From a virus: a stretch of 64,000 bases of DNA. The notes under the pieces were generated by a model that ran no database searches, had not been told where the DNA came from, and worked only from the letters and a program-made list of their open reading frames with translations. The DNA lies in the IMG/VR virus record IMGVR_UViG_3300020472_001862, positions 106,237 through 170,236 of that record; one strand, given 5' to 3'. Shown in pieces: positions 9,985 through 18,126 of this stretch. How positions within the stretch are numbered: position 1 is the stretch's first letter; the number at the start of each line of letters is the position of its first letter. Position numbers and translations under genes: made by a program.

Positions 9985-10927
9985 AGAAGATCAACCTTTA
10001 AGACAAACAAGACTAGGAGAACATGGGTGTATATCTTTTGCATCCTCTCCTGACATAAAATATAAATGGATGTTACATGAATCCAAAGAGTGGTTTGCAA
10101 GAGCTAAAAGAGTTCAAGGACCTGATTGGTATTGGAGTGGAGATGTTGAGCCTATAGAATATAACTTAGACTCTTTAGGTTTTAGAAACGATACAGACAT
10201 ACATGATATTAGTAAGAATAAAATTTGGTGGTTATTTGATTCATCATGCCCTGGATTAGCTCCAGGAGTTCGTACAGACGACATGACGTCTAATAAGATA
10301 ACTGAATACACAGGTATTCCTGTATATAATATGAGCATCTATGGTGATAGACCAGAGTTTGTTGCTAATAATATATTAGAACTATCTAAAAGGTGGCAGA
10401 ACCCACCTAGTAAAATATTATTACACATGGCAGAAAATCCCACAGGAACATTTAAACTTACCAATACAAACACAGTTAAGAATTTGGATTATGCTGGTTC
10501 TATGTTAAAAGGTGGTAAAGATTTTACCTTCTTAAAACCTTTTGAAGAGCAGAAAATATCTGAAGGGCAACATAGGTTGGCATACAAAATATTAATTGAA
10601 TTGTGTAAGAGTTTAGATATACCTTTAACTTGGCTCTACACAGGATATGAATCCGATATAACTTCCGCTAATGATTTTAGAGATCAGGATTTTATAGAGT
10701 GGTTCGGTTACGCATCGGCAGGACATTTTGAAAAGGATGATACCTTTGATGTAAGACAAAGTAAAGTTAAAGATATGATTATAAAACCTTTTATGGAATG
10801 CAAGCCACCTTCAGATAAAACATTAGATGAAGTAGGGAGAGACTTATATCACCCTAGTGCAAGCCAACAAAGGTTGTGGGCCCAGGTAATTACAAATCAT
10901 TATCTGGAAACAAAAAGAAACTTTTAA
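9977..10927 (+). CDS. Hypothetical protein, SGNH-hydrolase-like
   Basis: DSLGFR and C-terminal RDLYHPS (DxxHP) motifs. Confidence 0.5.
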   Translation: MNKEDQPLRQTRLGEHGCISFASSPDIKYKWMLHESKEWFARAKRVQGPDWYWSGDVEPIEYNLDSLGFRNDTDIHDISKNKIWWLFDSSCPGLAPGVRTDDMTSNKITEYTGIPVYNMSIYGDRPEFVANNILELSKRWQNPPSKILLHMAENPTGTFKLTNTNTVKNLDYAGSMLKGGKDFTFLKPFEEQKISEGQHRLAYKILIELCKSLDIPLTWLYTGYESDITSANDFRDQDFIEWFGYASAGHFEKDDTFDVRQSKVKDMIIKPFMECKPPSDKTLDEVGRDLYHPSASQQRLWAQVITNHYLETKRNF

Positions 10928-10928
10928 A

Positions 10929-10972
10929 TGGTCCTATAGACCATTGACTTTTAGTATGTAAGAGCCTATAAT
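10929..10972 (+). promoter_or_regulatory. Promoter of the replication operon with upstream TGGTCCTA box
   Basis: TGGTCCTA 10929, TTGACT 10944, TATAAT 10967. Confidence 0.8.
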
Positions 10973-11003
10973 ACGGTTATAGGTTTAAAAATTGGAGTAT
11001 ATT

Positions 11004-11666
11004 ATGAAACTTAGCAAAGACACTCTTGATGTTCTCAAGAACTTCGCAACTATTAACACGAACATTCTTGTTCGTGAGGGAAACTCGCTCTCCACTATTA
11101 GCACAGGTAAAAACATTTTTGCCAAGGCTGATATTACAGATCCGTTTCCTAAAGAATTCGCAGTCTATGATTTAAATAGTCTGCTTTCCCTACTTACTGT
11201 TATGGAAGATACAGATGTTGGCTTTGGAGACGAAAGTCTTACAGTAACAAAAGGCAATTCTGTTTTTGAATACTTTTATGCAGACCCTAACATTATTGTT
11301 AGTGCCCCTGATAAGAATATTGAAGTAGACAACTTCTTCCAGTTCGACTTATCCAAAGATGATATTGACATGATAATGAAGGCAGCAGCTATTACAGCAG
11401 CTCCTATGTTAAGCGTCATTGGTGATGGTACTGAAGTGGTAATTACAGTAGGCGATCCTGCTACTCCTAAGTCTAATTCTTTTAGACAGGCATTAGGACA
11501 AACAGACAAAGTATTTGATGCTAGACTAGCTGTTGAAAACTTTAAGGTTGTACCTTCAGGTTATACAGTTATTTTATCTGAGAAAAAGTTTATGTTCTTA
11601 GAGAGTAGTAAAGGCAATTTAAAATATTGGTTAGCGCTTGAGCGTTCATCATCTATTGGAGAATAA
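11004..11666 (+). CDS. gp45: Sliding clamp gp45
   Basis: MKLSKDTLDVLKNFATIN start and YWLALE end, typical of gp45. Confidence 0.95.
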   Translation: MKLSKDTLDVLKNFATINTNILVREGNSLSTISTGKNIFAKADITDPFPKEFAVYDLNSLLSLLTVMEDTDVGFGDESLTVTKGNSVFEYFYADPNIIVSAPDKNIEVDNFFQFDLSKDDIDMIMKAAAITAAPMLSVIGDGTEVVITVGDPATPKSNSFRQALGQTDKVFDARLAVENFKVVPSGYTVILSEKKFMFLESSKGNLKYWLALERSSSIGE

Positions 11667-11667
11667 A

Positions 11668-11850
11668 ATGGGAGAAGATCAATTAGAGGTAACTATCCGT
11701 GAAGCACAGAATGGCTGGGTAGTTGAATTAAACCGTGAAGGTGAGACAATGGAGTACATTTTCACAAGACCTAATCCAGCTATCAACTTGGTTAGGAAAG
11801 TAATGAAGGGTGAAGTAGATCCTTTCAATGAAGGAGAAAATGATGAGTAG
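11668..11850 (+). CDS. Small hypothetical protein
   Basis: GGAG SD, tightly packed in the operon. Confidence 0.6.
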   Translation: MGEDQLEVTIREAQNGWVVELNREGETMEYIFTRPNPAINLVRKVMKGEVDPFNEGENDE

Positions 11851-12451
11851 TTTGACACCAGTAGTTCCTGATTTTGTAGTTAAGAAACAAGTTACTACAA
11901 CTTCTGGAGATAAAATTTGGGTAGAGATGACAAAGCAACAATTATTTGACGGCAAGCGTGTCGTTGTTTTTGGTTTGCCTGGAGCATTTACACCTACATG
12001 TTCAAGCCAGCAATTGCCTGGTTATGAACAAGCATATTCTGAATTTAGAGATGCAGGTATTGATGACATTTATTGCGTTACAGTAAATGATTCTTTTATT
12101 TGTAATGAGTGGCATGTAGATCAAGGATTAGTTAATGTAAAACTTATTCCTGATGGTAGTGCAGAGTTTACAATTAAAATGGGTATGGATGTTCGTAAGG
12201 ACAACCTAGGATTTGGTATTCGATCTTGGAGATACGCAGCTATCATAGACGATGGACATGTTATTCAAGAATTTGTAGAGCCAGGCTTCGCAGATAATTT
12301 TGAAGGCGACCCTTATGATATAAGTGCACCTGATAATGTTTTAGATAATGTTAAAGCGTATGGATGGCCTAGTAAGTATGAAGCAGACGAAGGTAAGCAT
12401 ATAGACCTTAGTTTTTCAGAAACGACAGATGTTAAGGAGACTTTTTCCTAG
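11840..12451 (+). CDS. Peroxiredoxin (Prx5/redoxin type)
   Basis: LPGAFTPTCS, VNDSF, IPDGS, RSWRYA motifs. Confidence 0.9.
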   Translation: MMSSLTPVVPDFVVKKQVTTTSGDKIWVEMTKQQLFDGKRVVVFGLPGAFTPTCSSQQLPGYEQAYSEFRDAGIDDIYCVTVNDSFICNEWHVDQGLVNVKLIPDGSAEFTIKMGMDVRKDNLGFGIRSWRYAAIIDDGHVIQEFVEPGFADNFEGDPYDISAPDNVLDNVKAYGWPSKYEADEGKHIDLSFSETTDVKETFS

Positions 12452-12520
12452 ACCTTTTTACCCTCGGAAAAAATGGCCGACATTTTGGAGCAAAAAAGTT
12501 TCTGACAATTTGGAGATAAT

Positions 12521-13465
12521 ATGACAACAACACCTGAACAGTTTTTATGGGTAGAGCGATACAGACCCAGGTTAATACAAGATTGTGTATTGCCTGAAAG
12601 TGTAAAGAAGCAGTTTGCACAGTTTATTAAGAAAGGCGAGGTTCCTAACTTATTATTGTCAGGTACTGCAGGTACAGGAAAAACAACTATTGCTCGTGCT
12701 TTATGTAATGAGCTAAATTGTGATTATATCATTATTAATGGTAGTGATGAAGGTAGGCAGATTGATACCCTAAGAACTAAAATTAGGCAATTTGCCTCAG
12801 CTGTCTCATTCGAGGGTAAAACTAAGGTTGTTATTCTTGATGAGGCAGACTATATGAACCGAGATAGTGTCCAGCCAGCCCTTAGAGGGTTCATAGAACA
12901 ATTTGCTGAGAACTGTAGGTTTATATTTACATGTAACTATGCTAATAAGCTAATAGACCCGTTACATAGCAGGACTACTGTTATAGACTTTAAATTAGCA
13001 CCCTCAGATCGCCCTGTATTAGCCGCTAAGTTCATGGATAGAATGAAGTATATCCTTAGTACAGAAGGCGTGGAATATCAAGAGAAGGTGCTTGCTGAGC
13101 TCCTAATGAAGTACTTTCCTGACTATAGAAGGGTGCTAAATGAGCTACAGCGGTACTCAGCGGGGGGTGTTATAGATGAGGGTATACTAAGTAACTTCCA
13201 GGAAGTTAATGCTAAGGCGCTTGTAGAGAGTCTTAAGGGTAAAGACTGGCGTAAGATGAGACAATGGGTGGCAAACAATGTAGACACAGACCCTCAGGCT
13301 ATATTCCGTCAGATATACGATATACTACTTCCAGAGATTAAGAGCCCTGCTCGGTTAGTACTTGATATTGCAGATTATCAGTACAAAGCAGCTTTCGTAG
13401 CAGATCAGGAGATTAACTTAACTGCTTGTTTAACACAAATTATGGTAGATTCGGAGTTCAAGTAA
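12521..13465 (+). CDS. gp44: Clamp loader large subunit gp44
   Basis: LWVERYRP, GTAGTGKTT, DEAD, PLHSR. Confidence 0.95.
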   Translation: MTTTPEQFLWVERYRPRLIQDCVLPESVKKQFAQFIKKGEVPNLLLSGTAGTGKTTIARALCNELNCDYIIINGSDEGRQIDTLRTKIRQFASAVSFEGKTKVVILDEADYMNRDSVQPALRGFIEQFAENCRFIFTCNYANKLIDPLHSRTTVIDFKLAPSDRPVLAAKFMDRMKYILSTEGVEYQEKVLAELLMKYFPDYRRVLNELQRYSAGGVIDEGILSNFQEVNAKALVESLKGKDWRKMRQWVANNVDTDPQAIFRQIYDILLPEIKSPARLVLDIADYQYKAAFVADQEINLTACLTQIMVDSEFK

Positions 13466-13563
13466 TGGCACAACCACAGCAGCAACAACAAGATCTTCCC
13501 TCGAAGGAAGAACTTAAGGAAATTATAAAACAACAACAAGACCCGAGGCATAATCAAGAATAA
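13465..13563 (+). CDS. 32-aa Gln-rich micro-ORF (MAQPQQQQQDLPSKEELKEIIKQQQDPRHNQE)
   Basis: TAATG stop/start coupling at both ends; not in the ORF track. Confidence 0.55.
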   Translation: MAQPQQQQQDLPSKEELKEIIKQQQDPRHNQE

Positions 13564-13715
13564 TGGCTAAAGACGCTTGGATACAAGTAAGAGTAGAAAG
13601 GGCTAAAAGAGAAGAAATAAAGAAAGAAGCCCAGAAAAGAGGGATATCTGTATCTCAACTAATGTTGGAGGGATACGAAACTCTAAGAGAGGGGAAATAT
13701 ATTGACTTTAAGTAA
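13563..13715 (+). CDS. 50-aa ribbon-helix-helix (CopG/Arc-like) DNA-binding protein
   Basis: MAKDAWIQVRVERAKREEIKKEAQKRGISVSQLMLEG: beta-strand IQVRV then helix-GISVS-helix; TAATG coupling. Confidence 0.65.
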   Translation: MAKDAWIQVRVERAKREEIKKEAQKRGISVSQLMLEGYETLREGKYIDFK

Positions 13716-13866
13716 ATTATGGAGATTGTGGTGTTTGTCATTAGGAGAGAAAGCAAGTGATGACTCCAAGGAAGCAGATGCAGTTGCAGTTATGAGAACC
13801 ATTGTTGTTCTTGTTAACTTCTTTACTTGTTTCTTTATCATCTCAGGCGTATTGAGGCATTGGTAA
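13702..13866 (+). CDS. Small membrane hypothetical protein
   Basis: TTG start; LWRLWCLSLGEKAS...VNFFTCFFIISGVLRHW resembles small proteins recalled from marine myoviruses. Confidence 0.55.
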   Translation: MTLSKLWRLWCLSLGEKASDDSKEADAVAVMRTIVVLVNFFTCFFIISGVLRHW

Positions 13867-13950
13867 TGAATAACAATGATAATGATATAAGAATTTTGAC
13901 TATATATTTTATAATAATAATGTTAATAATTAGTTATAGTTTTGGATAAT

Positions 13951-14409
13951 ATGACAGACGCAATATTAGAAGGCTTTGGTGAGCCAGTCGAAGAAATAAA
14001 CGAAGAGGAGTTCCAAGAGAAACTTAAAAAGATCTCTCCTTTTGACTACGCTAATAGCATTTATACAAAAGACAATCTTATAGTTGATGAAAGGACAGAA
14101 AAAGAATACAATCCTTTTATGGTAAATCGTGCAATGGGTATGGGTAAAGATACTTGTATTGCCGCTAATGAAATGAATTCGAGACATCACTTGGATAATA
14201 AAATGCAATATGACTTCCTTATGGATGTTGTAAGGCAGGGTAAAAGATATAACAAGTGGTTGAAGAATGATGAAGAAAACATAGAGGCAATCCAAAAGTT
14301 TTTTGGATATTCTTTAATTAAAGCAAAACAGACCCTTAGTCTGTTAAATGATACACAAATAGATCTCATAAAAATACATTTGAACACTTCTAAAGGTGGA
14401 AAAGTATAA
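13951..14409 (+). CDS. gp62: Clamp loader small subunit gp62
   Basis: SPFDY, YNPFMVNR, ANEMN, QYDFL, terminal KGG; located before regA. Confidence 0.9.
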   Translation: MTDAILEGFGEPVEEINEEEFQEKLKKISPFDYANSIYTKDNLIVDERTEKEYNPFMVNRAMGMGKDTCIAANEMNSRHHLDNKMQYDFLMDVVRQGKRYNKWLKNDEENIEAIQKFFGYSLIKAKQTLSLLNDTQIDLIKIHLNTSKGGKV

Positions 14410-14458
14410 ATACCTTTATAACTTAATTATTATTTAAGACATAACAGGCATATTGAGA

Positions 14459-14878
14459 ATGAGTGATCAAGAGAATTACTTTAACATAGACTATCCAGGG
14501 TATTCACCTTTAGAAGTTACCTTAAACGACCCAGAAGATTTTTTGAAGGTTAGGGAAACTTTGTCTCGAATTGGAGTAGCATCGAAAAAGGACCAAGTCC
14601 TTTATCAGTCTTGCCATATATTACACAAGAAAGGTAGATACTTTATAACACATTTTAAAGAATTATTCGCTCTTGATGGTAAGGAGGCTGACTTCCAAGA
14701 TAACGATTTACAACGCAGAAATACTATTGCTAAATTACTCCAAGATTGGGGTTTGGTAAAAATATTAGGCGAAGTAGAAGATTTAGCTCCGTTGAGCCAA
14801 ATCAAAATTATATCGTTTAAAGAGAAGGGTGAGTGGGAGCTAATCCCCAAATACAACATTGGAAAGAAAGTTAAATAA
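14459..14878 (+). CDS. regA: Translational repressor RegA
   Basis: DFLKVRETLSRIGVAS, LYQSCHILHKKGRYFITHFKELF. Confidence 0.97.
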   Translation: MSDQENYFNIDYPGYSPLEVTLNDPEDFLKVRETLSRIGVASKKDQVLYQSCHILHKKGRYFITHFKELFALDGKEADFQDNDLQRRNTIAKLLQDWGLVKILGEVEDLAPLSQIKIISFKEKGEWELIPKYNIGKKVK

Positions 14879-16142
14879 AAACCAAATAGAAGCATTACAA
14901 CTTATTAAGGACGAACAGGATGCAGTAGGTCCTGGTTTCTGCGTGCTAAAATGGTACCACCAAGAAATGCACTTAGGAACAGGAAGGGCACACTCCTGTT
15001 ATCATTGTCCTACACATCAAATACCTTTAGGCGCAGACTTACACAATACACCTCACAAGGTTGAACAAAGAGCAACAATGTTACAAGGTGGCAAACCTTC
15101 AGAGTGCTCTTATTGTTGGGAGGTAGAGGATCTTGATCTAATCTCAGATAGACAAACTCTTGCAGTACAATTTTTTAAACATAATAGAGATATAGTTAAA
15201 GAGGCAAAAGAAGCAGGACTTGGTTATGTATATCCTAAATATTTAGAAATATCCTTCACTAATAAATGTCAAATGGCATGTAGTTATTGTGGACCGGTAT
15301 TCAGCACAACATGGGAAAAGGAAATAGAGGAACATGGTCCTTACAAACTATCAGAGGATTATAATCTTATTCATACACCTCAGATAGAAAACTCTCCCTA
15401 TGTGGCAAAGTTTTGGAAATGGTTTCCACAGGCATATGAACACTTATTTGTTCTTAGAGTAACAGGAGGAGAGCCTTTATTAGATAAGAATACATATAAA
15501 CTTCTAGAATATGTTAAGGCAAATCCTAGAAAAGGATTAACATTCCATTGTAATTCTAATCTTATGGTTACAGAAAATAGAGTACAAAAATATATTAACC
15601 TAGTAAAAGATGTACCTAATACTAAACTTTATGCTAGTATTGACTCATGGGGAAAACAGGCAGAGTATATAAGACATGGTTTAGAGATAGAACATTTTGA
15701 GGCAAACTTAATTAGATTATTAGCTCAAGGAATTCCTGTTGGTATCATGTGTACATATAATTTTTTATCTATTGATAATATTAGTGAGTTTATATTTAAA
15801 ATGGCGGAACTTAAAACACAATTTGGTGATTTACTAACAGTTGACATGCCTTATATGGTTGAACCATTACACCTTTCAGCACAAATTTGCGATGATAGTC
15901 ATATACATATAATGGAAGAAAGTTTAAAAGAAATGGAACTATATCCATTTACTACAGGCGAAATAGAAAAATACAGAAAGACTGTAGGATGGATAAAAGC
16001 AAACAGGTTCAAAGGTGATGAACTTGTCAAACACAGAAAAGATTTCTGGGCGTTTGTAAAAGAACATGATAAGAGAAGAGGCACAAATTTTAAAGAAGCT
16101 TTTCCTCACTTAGGAATGATAGGATTTAATAATGAAACATGA
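14859..16142 (+). CDS. Radical SAM protein with extra N-terminal Cys cluster (SPASM/twitch-like)
   Basis: CQMACSYC, TGGEPLL, ASIDS; additional FC, CYHC, CSYC. Confidence 0.85.
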   Translation: MERKLNKNQIEALQLIKDEQDAVGPGFCVLKWYHQEMHLGTGRAHSCYHCPTHQIPLGADLHNTPHKVEQRATMLQGGKPSECSYCWEVEDLDLISDRQTLAVQFFKHNRDIVKEAKEAGLGYVYPKYLEISFTNKCQMACSYCGPVFSTTWEKEIEEHGPYKLSEDYNLIHTPQIENSPYVAKFWKWFPQAYEHLFVLRVTGGEPLLDKNTYKLLEYVKANPRKGLTFHCNSNLMVTENRVQKYINLVKDVPNTKLYASIDSWGKQAEYIRHGLEIEHFEANLIRLLAQGIPVGIMCTYNFLSIDNISEFIFKMAELKTQFGDLLTVDMPYMVEPLHLSAQICDDSHIHIMEESLKEMELYPFTTGEIEKYRKTVGWIKANRFKGDELVKHRKDFWAFVKEHDKRRGTNFKEAFPHLGMIGFNNET

Positions 16143-16791
16143 AATGGGTGAATACAAATTACATTCAATTAATAATCCATTAATATTAACTATAGAAGAT
16201 TTTTTACCCGAAGAAACAGTAGATACATTAATGGATGATATTAATGAACATTGTGTTTTTAAAGAGGCAAAAGTTTCCACAGATGATGGCACAGGTGAAT
16301 ATACTAACAAAAGAAATAACCAAACATCTTCTCTAAACTTTGCACAATCTGATGGCGCAAGAATGTTTTTAGACATGGCATCAGCAACATTAAGAGTACA
16401 TCCTTCTCAAGCAGAGCCATTATCAGTTATTAAGTATTTACCAGGACAACAATTTGAACCTCATTTAGATGCTTTTGGAGAGGACAAGATAGAATCTTAT
16501 TCACCTCAAGCAGGCAACAGAATAGCAACAGCAATATTATATTTAAATGATGTACAGCATGGAGGGGAAACAGATTTTCCTAATATGGGTATTACAATAC
16601 CTGCTAAGAAAGGAACCTGTGTATTTTTCTCTAATACATTTATGGGAACATGCACACCTATTGATTTATCAATGCACGCAGGCATGCCTGTTATTCGTGG
16701 AGAAAAAACAGCAGTTAATTTGTGGTTTAGATCAGGTGTTTATGACAATAATATGTACCAAAAATGGTTAGAAAGTCAGCAGAGTGTATAA
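16132..16791 (+). CDS. 2OG-Fe(II) oxygenase, prolyl-4-hydroxylase-like
   Basis: HLD, YLNDVQHGGETDF, H..PV..GEK. Confidence 0.9.
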   Translation: MKHEMGEYKLHSINNPLILTIEDFLPEETVDTLMDDINEHCVFKEAKVSTDDGTGEYTNKRNNQTSSLNFAQSDGARMFLDMASATLRVHPSQAEPLSVIKYLPGQQFEPHLDAFGEDKIESYSPQAGNRIATAILYLNDVQHGGETDFPNMGITIPAKKGTCVFFSNTFMGTCTPIDLSMHAGMPVIRGEKTAVNLWFRSGVYDNNMYQKWLESQQSV

Positions 16792-16855
16792 ATAGTAATG
16801 ATACGCCGAAAGGGTATCATATATTAACCTTGCTAACTAATAGGAGGAAACTAAA
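16787..16855 (+). promoter_or_regulatory. Late promoter plus structured hsp20 5'UTR (ROSE-like RNA thermometer)
   Basis: TATAAATA 16787; GAAA-capped hairpin 16798-16820; CCTTGCTA...TAGGAGG hairpin sequestering the SD with a bulged G. Confidence 0.65.
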
Positions 16856-17302
16856 ATGGTAAGATTAAACACGACTAACTGGAACGATTTTGTTTCAGCA
16901 TTCCCACAAGTAGAAAGTAGATTGATTGGATTTGACAGAGTATTTGACGCTGTTACCAAACTTCACACCGTTGAAGGAGGCCAATCTAATTCTTTCCCAC
17001 CTTATAATATCAAAAAACTAGACGCTGAGAATTATGAAATTCAAATTGCTCTTGCAGGATTCAGTAAATCTGAATTGAATATTAGTGTGGAAGACGGCAA
17101 CCTTGTCGTTAAAGGTGAACAAGAGAAATCAGAAGATGAATTCTTGCACAAAGGAATTGCAGAACGCAATTTCACAAGAACATGGGCATTAGCAGATGAT
17201 GTTAAAGTCACAGGTTCAAAATTGAAGGATGGAGTTTTAACTATTTCATTGGTACACGAAATACCAGAGGAAAAGAAACCTACATCTATTGAAATTAAAT
17301 AA
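16856..17302 (+). CDS. hsp20: Small heat-shock protein (Hsp20/IbpA)
   Basis: FPPYNI, ALAGF, LHKGIAERNF, DGVLTI, IPEEKKP. Confidence 0.95.
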   Translation: MVRLNTTNWNDFVSAFPQVESRLIGFDRVFDAVTKLHTVEGGQSNSFPPYNIKKLDAENYEIQIALAGFSKSELNISVEDGNLVVKGEQEKSEDEFLHKGIAERNFTRTWALADDVKVTGSKLKDGVLTISLVHEIPEEKKPTSIEIK

Positions 17303-17324
17303 TTAGAAACAGGAGATAAGGAGT

Positions 17325-17669
17325 ATGGCTACTAACATACAAATCGTTAAACTTACAACAGGTGAAGACTTGATTGGAGACATTAAAGAAGAGGAAATTG
17401 AGGGTAGAGGTTTTCTACTTATCAAGAAACCAGCTATTATTATGATTATGCCTAAACCTGGAAGTGAAACTGATTATACTGTAGGGCTTGCTCCTTACGC
17501 TCCATTTGCAAAAGATCACAAAGTTCCGATCTTTCCAGCTCATGTTGTTTCAGTCTACGATCCAGGAACAGAGATGTTAAATTCGTATAATAAAAAGTTT
17601 GGTTCCGGAATTGTTCAACCTGACTTTATAAATAAAAAGGTGTTGAACGAAACAATTAAAGGAAAGTAA
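17325..17669 (+). CDS. Conserved T4-like hypothetical protein
   Basis: IVKLTTGEDLIG...FGSGIV; usual position between hsp20 and gp43. Confidence 0.7.
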   Translation: MATNIQIVKLTTGEDLIGDIKEEEIEGRGFLLIKKPAIIMIMPKPGSETDYTVGLAPYAPFAKDHKVPIFPAHVVSVYDPGTEMLNSYNKKFGSGIVQPDFINKKVLNETIKGK

Positions 17670-18071
17670 ATGTATGAATATAGAATTAATGTTGTCAAAA
17701 TTATTGATGGCGACACAGTAGATGTGGATATCGACTTGGGCTTCGGTGTCTGGCTCAAGAAACAAAGAATACGTCTGCATGGGATCGATACTCCCGAAAG
17801 TAGAACCCGTGACCTCGACGAAAAACGATACGGACTTATGGCGAAGAAATACCTCACGCAGCAGATTGAAGGTGGAGCTATACTCAAAACAAGGCTCGAT
17901 AAAAAAGGAAAATATGGAAGGATACTTGGTGAATTTATTAGTTTAGATGGTAATACTAATATAAATGAACTAATGATATCCAAACATCATGCCGTATCCT
18001 ATCACGGCGCAAGTAAAGCAGAAATAGCAGAGGGACACTTGCGAAATAGGACCAGAGTTAAAGAAATTTAA
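17670..18071 (+). CDS. Thermonuclease (SNase-like)
   Basis: IIDGDTVDVDIDLGF, RIRLHGIDTPE, KYGRILG. Confidence 0.9.
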   Translation: MYEYRINVVKIIDGDTVDVDIDLGFGVWLKKQRIRLHGIDTPESRTRDLDEKRYGLMAKKYLTQQIEGGAILKTRLDKKGKYGRILGEFISLDGNTNINELMISKHHAVSYHGASKAEIAEGHLRNRTRVKEI

Positions 18072-18100
18072 TTGACATTTAGTACGAAAGAGTGCATAAT
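18072..18100 (+). promoter_or_regulatory. Promoter for DNA polymerase
   Basis: TTGACA-N17-CATAAT with the GAGTG pre-10 motif. Confidence 0.85.
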
Positions 18101-18126
18101 GTCTATATTATGTTTAAGGTGTTGTT

